Shown: positions 39,873 to 49,764 of the stretch, piece by piece | Layout of the letters: each line of letters opens with the position of its first letter | How positions within the stretch are numbered: position 1 is the first letter of the stretch | Origin: Deltaproteobacteria bacterium | GTDB lineage: Bacteria > SAR324 > NAC60-12 | Assembly (NCBI GenBank): GCA_018645085.1 | Contig: JABGPG010000136.1 | Span: 10,603-74,602 of the forward strand | DNA length: 64,000 bases | Direction of reading: 5' to 3' | The notes under the pieces: model-generated | Database searches by the model: none | What the model was told of the DNA's origin: nothing | The model's input: the letters and a program-made list of their open reading frames with translations, nothing else | Translations under genes and position numbers: made by a program

Positions 39873-40280
39873 ATGCGCACCTTGTTGTTGATTTTAATTT
39901 TTTGTTTTAGTTTTTCTGTGGAAGCAGCTGCAGATTATTTTAAATGGGAAATTCTTTTTGCAGCAAAAGGTTTTGGTACAGAGTACGAAACAATTCCGCT
40001 TGCTGCAGCAGGAAAAGTAGAATTTGCGGATAAAAATATTGAGTGCAGAATCGAGAGTTTCTGGACACGTATGGAAGCAGATTTGTTGCTTGAGGGAAAG
40101 ACTTTAGTCTGCGTAAACGGAGATAAAGAGAATTCTGTGAGTGTGGTTTGCAGAGACAATCACCTTAACCGCAAATACAATTTGCTTAAAGAGCTTTATC
40201 CTGCCGCAAAAGCTGGTTTCCGGCTTTTTCCAAAAATGGGCAGTGGTTCTCCATATTTGGAACTGCGTTGTTATTTTTGA
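39873..40280 (+). CDS. Hypothetical exported protein
   Basis: Signal peptide ending in VEAAA; no family recognised. Confidence 0.6.
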   Translation: MRTLLLILIFCFSFSVEAAADYFKWEILFAAKGFGTEYETIPLAAAGKVEFADKNIECRIESFWTRMEADLLLEGKTLVCVNGDKENSVSVVCRDNHLNRKYNLLKELYPAAKAGFRLFPKMGSGSPYLELRCYF

Positions 40281-40288
40281 TTAATTTG

Positions 40289-40984
40289 TTAAGGCAAAGC
40301 TTTTAAAAGAGTCTGCACGGTTTCGAAAGATTTTTTTGCGGCAGTATTGAGGAATCCGTAAGAAAGTTTTTCTCCATTTGCTCCAGCTAAATCACTGAGG
40401 CAACGTACCACAATTGCCGGAATTCCAAATTGCTCAGCAACCTGTGCAACTGCTCCTCCTTCCATTTCAATTGCCTGTGCGCCAAATTGTGCAAACAAAG
40501 CTTTTCGTGTTTCTCCGCACTGCAGGAAAACATCTCCGGTCAGGATAGTACCCATTCTTACTCCCGGAAGCGCTGCTTTGATTATTTTCTTTATTTCCGG
40601 ATCAAGGCTAAACTCCGCAGAATTTTCAGGAGTTCCCATTGGAATACTTCCCGCACGGTAAACCTGTAACTGACCATCGTTCAGTGCTCCGTAATCGTAT
40701 TGAATTAATGACTCTCCAACCACTACATCTCCAATTTCCAATTCCGGATCAATTCCACCTGCTACTCCGGAAAAAACAAGCAATTCGCAGTCAAACTGCT
40801 GTATCAGTAAAGTTGAAACCAACGCTGCATTAACTTTCCCAAGACCGCATTCGACCACAATCAGCTCATGACTTTCTTCTTTTTTGCTGTAAAAAGTTCG
40901 ACCGCCGAGCTTTCGAGCAGAATTTGGCGGCAAATCAAAATATTTTATTTCTTTAGGAATAGCGCAGAGAATTCCAATCTTCAT
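40289..40984 (-). CDS. mtnN: MTA/SAH nucleosidase
   Basis: GLGKVNAA, SGVAGG, ILTGDVF, IEMEGGAVAQV, RCLSDLA. Confidence 0.93.
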   Translation of the reverse strand: MKIGILCAIPKEIKYFDLPPNSARKLGGRTFYSKKEESHELIVVECGLGKVNAALVSTLLIQQFDCELLVFSGVAGGIDPELEIGDVVVGESLIQYDYGALNDGQLQVYRAGSIPMGTPENSAEFSLDPEIKKIIKAALPGVRMGTILTGDVFLQCGETRKALFAQFGAQAIEMEGGAVAQVAEQFGIPAIVVRCLSDLAGANGEKLSYGFLNTAAKKSFETVQTLLKALP

Positions 40985-41005
40985 AGGGATAATTTAACAA
41001 GAAAA

Positions 41006-41197
41006 TTAATCAAAGTATTTTTTACAAATAGCCGGAAAATCCCGTTTTGTACACCAGTCATAAAACTTGCCGTTTCCGGTTGCACAAGAAGCGGTGACAA
41101 AAATCAGTAACAAAATTGCCATCCACAAATTCAAAAAACGACGGAAAAATGTGAGCTGAACTGCTGAATAATTGCTGCAATGAAAGTTGAATGACAT
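41006..41197 (-). CDS. Small putative lipoprotein (alternative start at 41122)
   Basis: LLLIFVTASC lipobox-like motif; short mature part with two Cys; fills the murG-mtnN gap. Confidence 0.45.
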   Translation of the reverse strand: MSFNFHCSNYSAVQLTFFRRFLNLWMAILLLIFVTASCATGNGKFYDWCTKRDFPAICKKYFD

Positions 41198-41199
41198 GT

Positions 41200-42321
41200 T
41201 CAGCCTTTTCTGCTCAACTCAAAAACCAACTTCGCAAAATCTTTTGTTCCTTCGTCCGGAAGTAGTTTGTGGAGCTTTTTACCCATTTCTCCAGGGACAC
41301 GATTCTCAAAAAAATTATTCCACCAGTTAATTCCTTCAGTTGCTAAAACTTGCTGGGAAACATATTCTGCTGCGCCTTTTTCTTTGATCAGCAAAGCATT
41401 TTCTTCCTGATGTGTTCCAGGAAGCGGAATGAGCACTGTGTCTTTTTGCAGAACAGCAAGTTCTCCAAGAATCCCCATGCCTGCTCTTGTCAGCACTATT
41501 TCGCTTTTAGCAAGCAAGTCCCCCATACCTTCGTGGACAATTTCCAGTGGGTGATAATGCTGATGAGAAAAAGTTGATGCTTCCTGTTCCAAATTAATCG
41601 TTGATCCGGAACCGGTTAGATGAACAACCTGAAAATTATTCAGCAAGTGTTTTAACAACGGAAAAACCGCACGATTTAAGCCAACTGCTCCCTGACCGCC
41701 CCCTGTGATAAGAATGAGCGGGAGTTCCGGATGCAGATCAAAACGCTCATTCGCGAGTTCTGCATTTGCGGAAAAAATTTCCTGACGTACAACAGGACCA
41801 ATTGTCTGTTTCAAAGCAATTGAAGGAAACTGCTTTGCAGTTTGTTCAAAATAAGCAACAAGTGCCTTACTGACTGGAGCCATCAAACGGTTGGCAAGTC
41901 CGGGTCGTACATCCATTTGCAGGATTACATGCGGAATTCTTAAGATCCATGCTGCGTAAGCTACAGGTACGCTCACAAAACTTCCTGCGGATACAATGAC
42001 TTGCGGTCGGAAAATCAGCAAAAGCACCAAACCCATTATTCCTCCACCTAAAATAAACAAAGGATCGATGAAATTATGCCAACTCCAGTAACGTCTCAGT
42101 TTTCCGGATGGAATTGCGACAAATGGAATTTCTGTTTGTTCTACCATTTTACGTTCCGGACCGTTTTTGCTGCCGAGAAATAGAAAGTGAGAGTCTGGTT
42201 TTTGTTGACTTATTTCTTCTGCTAAAGCCAGTAAAGGTAAAGTAGGACCTCCCGATCCTCCACCTGTGAATAAAACTCTAACAGGTTTTTCACTCAATAT
42301 TTGAGACTCATTTTCGGTCAT
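41200..42321 (-). CDS. murG: Lipid II GlcNAc transferase MurG
   Basis: TGGGSGG, PGLANRL, TGGGQGA, TRAG, HQEENA. Confidence 0.88.
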   Translation of the reverse strand: MTENESQILSEKPVRVLFTGGGSGGPTLPLLALAEEISQQKPDSHFLFLGSKNGPERKMVEQTEIPFVAIPSGKLRRYWSWHNFIDPLFILGGGIMGLVLLLIFRPQVIVSAGSFVSVPVAYAAWILRIPHVILQMDVRPGLANRLMAPVSKALVAYFEQTAKQFPSIALKQTIGPVVRQEIFSANAELANERFDLHPELPLILITGGGQGAVGLNRAVFPLLKHLLNNFQVVHLTGSGSTINLEQEASTFSHQHYHPLEIVHEGMGDLLAKSEIVLTRAGMGILGELAVLQKDTVLIPLPGTHQEENALLIKEKGAAEYVSQQVLATEGINWWNNFFENRVPGEMGKKLHKLLPDEGTKDFAKLVFELSRKG

Positions 42322-43157
42322 TTGAAGTTCCGGGAATCAACGAGCAATTGTGCCTTCTTCAATTCCGTCTGCAGAATTCCACTTACCTCTACTGCATCAT
42401 TGCTAAAAATCCATTCTACTCCACGGTTAATTTCACGAAAAAGATTATTTTTTGACTTAGGATAGCCAACACCTATTTTTTGTCCACAATCCAGATGTTG
42501 TTTTACAATCTTTTTATGAAGCAGCAGATAATGTCCACCTAGACCTGCATATTCTTCATTCAAGGAAATTTTGCTCAAGTATTTTGCGTTAAAGACGGCT
42601 ACCGGAAGTTTCGCTGAACTGTCGACAAAATTAACCAGCATGAACATTTCCGGAGCAAGAGAAAGTAGATGAAAATCTTTCCGAGGTTCCAGTGTAGCGA
42701 AGAGCTCTTTGAGAATCCTGTTCTGCTCTTCCGGTTGAGGATAATGTTCTTCTTTGGCCTCCACCATCAAGTGCAGTTTTCCGCCGTAACGTAGCAGTAC
42801 TTCTTCCAAAGTTGGCATCTGTGGACAGTGCTGCTTTAATTCTGCTAATGTTGTTTCAGCAATCCGGAGATTTGAACCGAACAATCTCTGTAAATCCGGA
42901 TCATGAGCAACTACAGGGTGCAAATCTTTTGTCCAGCGAAAATCCAGTTCAATCCCCCAAATACCTGCAGTTTCGAGTGCAAGATCAAATGCGGATAAAG
43001 TATTCTCAAACACCGATATATTGTCATGTTGTCCACGGTGAGAAATGATTTTGCAATTAGCCAGATTCTCCAATGTTGGAGCTTGCTGCGGCACAACTGC
43101 AAAGATCGAATCACAGATCTGCATCAAACGGGATTCCAGCCAAGATGGTAGTTCCAT
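42318..43157 (-). CDS. Glycerophosphodiester phosphodiesterase family protein
   Basis: ISHRG, ENTL.AF, GIELD, VAHD.DL.R, MVEAK. Confidence 0.88.
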   Translation of the reverse strand: MELPSWLESRLMQICDSIFAVVPQQAPTLENLANCKIISHRGQHDNISVFENTLSAFDLALETAGIWGIELDFRWTKDLHPVVAHDPDLQRLFGSNLRIAETTLAELKQHCPQMPTLEEVLLRYGGKLHLMVEAKEEHYPQPEEQNRILKELFATLEPRKDFHLLSLAPEMFMLVNFVDSSAKLPVAVFNAKYLSKISLNEEYAGLGGHYLLLHKKIVKQHLDCGQKIGVGYPKSKNNLFREINRGVEWIFSNDAVEVSGILQTELKKAQLLVDSRNFK

Positions 43158-43215
43158 TTTTTTTGGGAATTATGGTTTTAAAAAAAATATTCTGCCAAAA
43201 AGGTGTTCAAACAAA

Positions 43216-45429
43216 CTAAGCTTCTTGAGATGGTTCTTCCCATATCTGTTTTACAAATTTAAGCGGTCTCAATTTTTCGACTATTTTGTGGAAAACAGGC
43301 CAGGTTATAGCTTCAAGTTTGATACGTATATCTGCATTGTTTTTATTATTTTCCGCAGATTCGGAATTGATAATAGCAACACCTGCATCTTTTATTATTT
43401 TAGTTATCTGAAAAAGAATTCCTTTACCATCAATGACATGTAAATGAATGATGTGTGAACGGGATATTTTTTTTGAGATATTCCAGGAAACATCGATCGG
43501 TATTATTTTGGACTGAGCCAGCTTTTTATTGTTAATTTTATTTGGACAGTCTGCGAGGTGAATTTCAATTTCCTTGTCATCATGAATGAAACCTGAAATT
43601 TTATCACCTGGAATAGGGAAACAGCAGCTTGCGAGTTTGATTAAGGGGTTTTGCACATCATCGATCAAAAATATATTTTTATCTCCTCCAAATATATTCC
43701 CCCAAAATTCAGGGTTTATCATCTCTTTCAAACGACCGGTACTTTCAAAATGAAGTAATTTGTACTTTCTAAGAAACTGTTGCAAAGGCCGTTTTTGCAA
43801 GCCGATTTCCTGAAAAAATTTATTGGCGGACAATTTTTCTGCTTTCAGTGCGGACTTAACCGGTGTGGATTTAATCCACTTATCCACACTCAGTTCTTCA
43901 CCTTTTTCTCTTAATTTACGCTCCAGCAGTGTACGTCCGGAATTTCTGGCGTTTATAACTTTTTGTTGTTCTACTGCTCTTTTTATTTGGGAACGGCTTT
44001 TTGCGGTTTTGACCTGTTTAAGCCATTCCTCTTTCGGATGAACTCCGGGGTCAGTGATAATTTGCAGAGCTTCACCTGTAAACAACTGGCGTTCCCGCGG
44101 AACCCTTTTTTTAGTTGTTCCTACCGAAGAAGGATTCACCAGAGCACCGATGCAGTGGTTGCCAAGTTCCGTGTGTATACCATAAGCAAAATCCAGTACA
44201 GTTGCCCCTTGTGGAAAAACAAGCATGTCTCCTTTGGGACTGTATATTTGTACTTGGTCAGACTGCACATAGCTCATGACATCGAGCATACGAACGTCTT
44301 TGTCACCGGCCATCTGATCAAGCTGGCTGAGATAAATACGATAATAGTCGGCAAGTTCGGTTGGACTTCCACTCCAATGAGCCATGATTCCATACTGATT
44401 TTTTGTCAGCATTTCTTCAGAAACAATTTCGATTAATGTTTGCTCACCTTCAATTCTTAACTCAGTCTGTATGCCTTCATAACCATTCCAGAGAGGATTG
44501 CTGATATAATCTCTAATTTTCAGCGGGATAACATAATAATTTGTATGAATTATGCCGAGTGCCTGAAAACAATCTAAGCTTTTTTTAACTACAATCCTGA
44601 AACCTTCTAAGATATGATCGATCGGTCCGCTTTCATGAATACGAGAGGTAGGATGAACATAAAGCGGTTCGACATTATGATAAACTAAATTTTGTTTTTC
44701 TAAATTATTTTGTAAAGATTCTTGCATGGCCTTAATCGTTGAAATGCGATCTTTTTTCAATTCATCAATTTCAAGCAATGTTTTCTGATATCTCTTTGGA
44801 TAAAGTAATTTAAAACAAAGTTCGGTGTGTTCTTGACATATTTGAGTTAATCCCAGTCGTTCCGCAATCGGTACATAGATATTAAGCGTTTCCAGACTGA
44901 TCCGGCGTTGTTTATTACGAGGCATGGCGTCCATGTCTCTCATATTGTCGAGCCGGTCAAAGAGTTTGATAAACAATGCGCGTACATCCTGCACCATTGT
45001 TTTCAACATCCGCTGATATGTGGCGTCTAAATTGTCCGCGCTTAAATTTTTAGGACTTTCGGGTTTTTTAATTTTAGTTAATCCAGTGACAATATCTGCA
45101 TACCAGGAGCCATAACGCTCGTGGATATCGTCGTGAGTTATGGAAGTATCTTCAATGATATCATGTAGAAGTGCAGCAACAACTGTCGGAGCATCCAGTC
45201 CTGCTCTGCAGATATAACTTGCAACACGCAGCGGGTGAATGATGAACGGTTGTCCGGATTTACGCTTCTGGTTTTCATGATATTGCCGGATGTCTGAGAT
45301 GGCTTGATCGAGCAGTTCCGAATCCTTGCGGGTACCATATTCCTGCACATAGCTGCGGATTTGTTGATCCAAATCCGTAATCAGAGCTTTGTCATTTGCT
45401 GAAATAGTTGTCTGTTTGCTACCCGACAT
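43216..45429 (-). CDS. Long RelA/SpoT homologue; intact HD domain, degenerate synthetase, TGS/ZFD/ACT regions
   Basis: RKSGQPFIIHP, LLHDIIEDT, TGS GATVLDFAYGIHT, SCCFPIPGD, C-terminal ACT. Confidence 0.9.
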   Translation of the reverse strand: MSGSKQTTISANDKALITDLDQQIRSYVQEYGTRKDSELLDQAISDIRQYHENQKRKSGQPFIIHPLRVASYICRAGLDAPTVVAALLHDIIEDTSITHDDIHERYGSWYADIVTGLTKIKKPESPKNLSADNLDATYQRMLKTMVQDVRALFIKLFDRLDNMRDMDAMPRNKQRRISLETLNIYVPIAERLGLTQICQEHTELCFKLLYPKRYQKTLLEIDELKKDRISTIKAMQESLQNNLEKQNLVYHNVEPLYVHPTSRIHESGPIDHILEGFRIVVKKSLDCFQALGIIHTNYYVIPLKIRDYISNPLWNGYEGIQTELRIEGEQTLIEIVSEEMLTKNQYGIMAHWSGSPTELADYYRIYLSQLDQMAGDKDVRMLDVMSYVQSDQVQIYSPKGDMLVFPQGATVLDFAYGIHTELGNHCIGALVNPSSVGTTKKRVPRERQLFTGEALQIITDPGVHPKEEWLKQVKTAKSRSQIKRAVEQQKVINARNSGRTLLERKLREKGEELSVDKWIKSTPVKSALKAEKLSANKFFQEIGLQKRPLQQFLRKYKLLHFESTGRLKEMINPEFWGNIFGGDKNIFLIDDVQNPLIKLASCCFPIPGDKISGFIHDDKEIEIHLADCPNKINNKKLAQSKIIPIDVSWNISKKISRSHIIHLHVIDGKGILFQITKIIKDAGVAIINSESAENNKNNADIRIKLEAITWPVFHKIVEKLRPLKFVKQIWEEPSQEA

Positions 45430-45449
45430 TTTAGTTTTAAGACTATAAA

Positions 45450-46106
45450 TTATTGTGGTTGAAAGCTTCTTGTTTGCTCATTACCGCTACAGTAACGTAA
45501 TGTGGACTCCCTGCGGACAGGTTTCCAGCCGACTTCAAAATGCTGTCCCCACAAAGATTCCCTTATTTCCCGGAAGAGCTCAAAACTCTTCGGATCAACC
45601 CAGAAAAAGAAATAGTTTTCTTCCGGAGGATATTTTTTCATCAAACTTTGCAGCAAGCCATCGTGCTGAGAAAGTTGATGCCACCATTGACCTGCTCCAG
45701 GCGAAGCTAAAAATTCCAGACAGTGGGCGTGACCGCTGCCCGTTGTAAGTTTAATTGAGTATTGATTAAGACTGATTTGTTTTGGTAAAGCTTCCTTGCC
45801 TGAAAGGTACTTTTTTAAATTTTGATAAACTAATGCGCGATCCAGATATAAGATACGGTCATCCCTCAGTAAAAATAAAAGGTTGTTTTTCTGAGAAGAA
45901 TGCGACCATGGAATTTTTATTTTTTCAATATTTTCAAATGGTTGTTCTTTTTCAGGCACTTGTTCACTTTTTTCTAAGAGTGAGAACATTGCCATGAAAA
46001 CCGCCAGAATAACCAAGATTCCTACATTGTTCGAGACAATGTCAACCAGAGAGTCCAAGTTTAACAAACCCGGCAAATCACCTAAATATCCCCTTTTTTT
46101 GCGCAT
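45450..46106 (-). CDS. Hypothetical single-pass membrane protein with ExbD/TolR-like N-terminus
   Basis: LNLDSLVDIVSNNVGILVIL TM segment containing Asp; start overlaps the TPR gene stop (TAATG). Confidence 0.55.
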   Translation of the reverse strand: MRKKRGYLGDLPGLLNLDSLVDIVSNNVGILVILAVFMAMFSLLEKSEQVPEKEQPFENIEKIKIPWSHSSQKNNLLFLLRDDRILYLDRALVYQNLKKYLSGKEALPKQISLNQYSIKLTTGSGHAHCLEFLASPGAGQWWHQLSQHDGLLQSLMKKYPPEENYFFFWVDPKSFELFREIRESLWGQHFEVGWKPVRRESTLRYCSGNEQTRSFQPQ

Positions 46107-47896
46107 TAATTATCATCTTGCTGGGATTCTTCTTTTTTCTTACTTTGCTGGAAGGCTTCACGAGCTTCTGCTTTCTCTTTTTCATGGAGAGAATGCTGAT
46201 ATTTAACAAACCAGTCAGATACTTTTTCCGCTAAATCCGGACGTTTAATACGGACACAGAGATCCACCAGTTTTTTTAAGGTGCTGTTTTGCGGATCAAG
46301 CTTGATGGCTTCTTCATAATAACGGACTGCGCTTTTGTATTTACCGTTTTTTTCTGCTTCTTCCGCCTGACTAATTTTTCCCTGAACTTCTGCTTGAATC
46401 TCTTTATTTTGATAACTTTTCAGCATCTGCTCCAATTCAAAAGCTCTATTTTCATTTTCCAGCAAATGATTGATGTTGATAGCTTTGTGCAGCAATTTTT
46501 TACTGACAGCAATGCTGAGTGCTTTGTCAATTACCACCGCAGCACTTTTTGGGTCGTTCTTTTTAAGGTAATTTTCTGATGCAGTCAGATATGCAGTATG
46601 TACGGTTTTGATTCCTTCACGTGCTTCTTTATTCTGCCGGTTTATCCGTAAAATACGTCTATATATTTCAAAGGCTTCATCCCAGGATTTATTGTCTATA
46701 TTCAGTTTGGCGATACGAATCAGCAATTCCTGTGATGTGATTTCAGGAACAAGCGGTTCATAAATCTCAAGAGCTTTTTTGGTTCGGTTTTCTTCAAAAA
46801 GTTTGTCTGCATCCTTCAGACAGGCATCGATATGATAGTTACCCTGAGATCGTTCAAGAAGTTTGAAAGTAGTAAAAAAGCTGACACGTGATTGTTGAAT
46901 CATTCCTTTACGCTTATACAGGAGACCCAGGTTTACATTACTGTAGCGGTGATTTGGATTGCGTGCGAGAATGCTTTGAAATGTTTTAATTGCATTCTCG
47001 ATATCGTCTTCAAGTGAAATTGCAAGTACCAGAAAACAACGTAAATCCACATTTTCTTTTTCCCGCATCAGCAAACGTTTGAATACATTCTTAGCAATTA
47101 TTCCTTCCATTGTCTGTAAACAATGGATGCCTAATGTGAAACAGGCTTTGCTCTCTTCTTCACTTTCTGCCTCTAAATTGGAAATGATGTAATTAAAAGT
47201 CTGCTCTGAATCAATGCTGTTTCCCTCAGCTTCTATTCCTTCTTCATCTGCCTTCTTGTCTGTAGCTTCTACGTTATTTGTGTCTTCTTTATCCTTCTTA
47301 TCTGCAGACTCATTTGAATCTGCTTTAACCTCTGTTACATCCTCAGTCTGCTGTTCACTTTCTTGATCCGTTTCTGGAGTAAAATGTTGTTGTATCTCAA
47401 CTAAATATCCCAACTCCTCTTGAATATCAGGCAGGACAAAGTCAGTCAATTTTTCAAGTTCTGCAATTGCAGATACTGCATTGCCGTCCGCAATTTCTAT
47501 TTTTGCGTTTGCTGCAGCAAGATTATAACTCGCGTTTTTAAAATTAGGATCATGCTTCAGACAAAGTTTGTACATGTTTTTTGCATGATTCCAATCATGT
47601 TTTTTACGATATGTGTTACCCAGCAGATTAGCCAATTCTACGTTTTTAGGATCCATTTTCAGGACATTAACACCTAAACTTATTATACCGTCAGGATTAC
47701 CTCCGCCCTGCATTTCCTGAAATAGTTTAGTAACAGTTTCAGCAGCAAGTTTAGGGTCAAGCTCCAAGGCTTTGTTAAACTCAACTGCTGCCCAGTCGTA
47801 AAAGTTTTTTTCCAGTAAACTTTTACCGCGTTCAAGAATTGAATTTAACTCTTTGTTTGGATCGTCCGTGCTGAAAAATTTTTCAAGTATTTTCAT
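46106..47896 (-). CDS. Tetratricopeptide repeat protein
   Basis: Multiple TPRs (FNKALELDP, NLLGNTY, NLGLLY, YEEAIKLDP) with an acidic linker. Confidence 0.85.
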   Translation of the reverse strand: MKILEKFFSTDDPNKELNSILERGKSLLEKNFYDWAAVEFNKALELDPKLAAETVTKLFQEMQGGGNPDGIISLGVNVLKMDPKNVELANLLGNTYRKKHDWNHAKNMYKLCLKHDPNFKNASYNLAAANAKIEIADGNAVSAIAELEKLTDFVLPDIQEELGYLVEIQQHFTPETDQESEQQTEDVTEVKADSNESADKKDKEDTNNVEATDKKADEEGIEAEGNSIDSEQTFNYIISNLEAESEEESKACFTLGIHCLQTMEGIIAKNVFKRLLMREKENVDLRCFLVLAISLEDDIENAIKTFQSILARNPNHRYSNVNLGLLYKRKGMIQQSRVSFFTTFKLLERSQGNYHIDACLKDADKLFEENRTKKALEIYEPLVPEITSQELLIRIAKLNIDNKSWDEAFEIYRRILRINRQNKEAREGIKTVHTAYLTASENYLKKNDPKSAAVVIDKALSIAVSKKLLHKAININHLLENENRAFELEQMLKSYQNKEIQAEVQGKISQAEEAEKNGKYKSAVRYYEEAIKLDPQNSTLKKLVDLCVRIKRPDLAEKVSDWFVKYQHSLHEKEKAEAREAFQQSKKKEESQQDDN

Positions 47897-48161
47897 GGAT
47901 CTGCTGCTAACCGACTATTCATGTGACTTGGACTGCTGACTTTGGATGTGCTGACAAGTTCAAACATCATCATAACTGATGGTGATCTTATTGTAAATTC
48001 GAGTTTTTAGAAAAAGTTCATCTTAAACAATGATTTGATCATTTTGAAAAAAGTAGTAAATTAGGTAGTCATGAATGATTTTTAGTGTTTTGGTTCTGAA
48101 TATTAAATTGCTGATTAATTCATTGTTTATCAGAAAAGACTTGCTAAAATCAGGCCTGATG

Positions 48162-48177
48162 TGGCATCTATTGTGCA
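48162..48177 (+). promoter_or_regulatory. Candidate sigma54 (-24/-12) promoter
   Basis: TGGCATCTATTGTGCA = GG-N10-GC, about 120 nt upstream of the fliN-like gene. Confidence 0.5.
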
Positions 48178-48298
48178 GAATATTGTGCAGAAATATGTTA
48201 ATCTGGTAAATTCTGAAGTATTTTTCCTTTTGGGTACGGTACTTTAAAGCTAAAATGAAACTGTTTCAAGTGAATTGAAACATCAAAACTGAGGAATA

Positions 48299-49756
48299 AT
48301 GGCAGAAGTATCTGATGATTTTGAAATCAAACTGTCAGCAGAAGACAGTCCGGATGACATTTTAAATGATCAAGGAGATATAGAATTGTTTGAAGAAGAT
48401 CACAGCAGTGATGAGCCTTTAGCTGGGCTGGATGATACAGATTTGGATGATGTCCTCGCCGATCCTGATGATCTGGATGAAGGTGAGATAGACCTGGGCA
48501 TGGATGAGATTGGTGATCTTGTGGAAGACTTAAAGCTGGACGTTGCTGAGGATGATGCTGATGCTGATGCTTCAATTGAAGTAGAAGCGGATATGGTTTT
48601 TGATGAGGAAGAAACAGAAGATGAGACTAATGATTCAGTAGAAAGTTTGCTCGATGAACTTGGAGATGACGATAGCGGAGAACTGAGTCTTACTGATGAT
48701 TCTGCAGATTTAGAAGAAATTGATGAACTTGATTTAGCAGAAAGTTTAGAGTCAGACGCAGAACCAGTTTCTGCTGAACTGGAATCCGCAGAAGAAGCTG
48801 AGGAAAGTTCCGGAGATGACTCAGTAGACTCCGATTCTTCAGATGTTTTGGATATGCTGCATGATCCTGAAATTTCGGATGAAAGTACCGATGAAGATGC
48901 TGAAGATATGGAACTTGGCATGGATACTCTTGACGACACCAAGGATGACGATTTAACTGATCTTGGTCTTGATGATGTAGAGACTGCGGAATCCAGTGAT
49001 GAAGAAATTGCTGTTGAAGATGCTGCTGATGAAACAGAGGAAGTGGATGTTCAGGAAGCAACAACAGAAGATGAAATAACTGATCTTGGTCTTGATGATG
49101 TTGAGACTGCGGAATCCAGCGATGAAGAAATTGCTGTTGAAGATGCTGTTGATGAAACAGAGGAAGTGGATGTTACGGAAGCAACAACTGAAGATGAAAT
49201 AACTGATCTTGGGCTTGATGATGTTGAGACTGCTGAGGCAGAACCTGAGGCGGACGAGTTAGTAACAGAAACAGCTGAGGTAGAACTTGAAGCGGATGAG
49301 TCTGCAGTTGAAACAGCTGAGCTAGAGCCCGAAGCAGAGGTCATTCCTGCATTGGAAACAACAACCGATACTCAAGATGAGCTTGAGGAAACAAGTGATG
49401 AGATAGAAGAAATTGAAATCGATGAACCAGAAATTGAAGTTCAAGAAACACCTGCAATTGATATAGTGGAGAGTGAAATGCCAATTGAATCAGAGGCAGC
49501 AGAGAAAATAGCGGCCCCTTTAGGCTCAGACATGCTGTTAAATTTCAACCATGAAGTGGTGGTCGAAATAGCGAGGACAAGTCTTACCGGCGAAGAAATC
49601 ACACAGATCACTTACGGCAGCATTATTGAACTTGATAAAGTTGCAGGAGAACCGGTGAATTTGGTCCTTGATGGTAAAACAATTGCTCTTGGGGAAGTAG
49701 TTCAAATTAATAATGAAAAACTGGGCATACGTATTGTAGGCGTTATTCAGGACTAA
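48299..49756 (+). CDS. FliN/SpoA C-terminal domain protein with a ~410-aa acidic, repetitive N-terminus
   Basis: C-terminal VVVEIART...GSIIELDKVAGEPVNLVLDG..IALGEVV...LGIRI; GAGGA RBS. Confidence 0.85.
   Translation: MAEVSDDFEIKLSAEDSPDDILNDQGDIELFEEDHSSDEPLAGLDDTDLDDVLADPDDLDEGEIDLGMDEIGDLVEDLKLDVAEDDADADASIEVEADMVFDEEETEDETNDSVESLLDELGDDDSGELSLTDDSADLEEIDELDLAESLESDAEPVSAELESAEEAEESSGDDSVDSDSSDVLDMLHDPEISDESTDEDAEDMELGMDTLDDTKDDDLTDLGLDDVETAESSDEEIAVEDAADETEEVDVQEATTEDEITDLGLDDVETAESSDEEIAVEDAVDETEEVDVTEATTEDEITDLGLDDVETAEAEPEADELVTETAEVELEADESAVETAELEPEAEVIPALETTTDTQDELEETSDEIEEIEIDEPEIEVQETPAIDIVESEMPIESEAAEKIAAPLGSDMLLNFNHEVVVEIARTSLTGEEITQITYGSIIELDKVAGEPVNLVLDGKTIALGEVVQINNEKLGIRIVGVIQD
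48956..49237 (+). repeat. Intragenic tandem repeat, 123-nt (41-aa) period, about 2.3 copies
   Basis: Units start at 48956, 49079 and 49202: TDLGLDDVETAESSDEEIAVEDA[AV]DETEEVDV[QT]EATTEDEI. Confidence 0.92.
49223..49348 (+). repeat. Degenerate 42-nt (14-aa) tandem repeat, three copies
   Basis: VETAEAEPEADELV / TETAEVELEADESA / VETAELEPEAEVIP at 49223, 49265 and 49307. Confidence 0.75.
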
Positions 49757-49764
49757 TTGAAATT

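Noticed and set aside
48956..49237. Direct repeats as a possible CRISPR array
   Set aside because: The 123-nt in-frame units have no unique spacers, lie inside a CDS, and no cas genes are present.
48327..49344. Ser-rich and His/Gln-rich ORFs on the minus strand
   Set aside because: Antisense shadows of the low-complexity acidic fliN-like gene.
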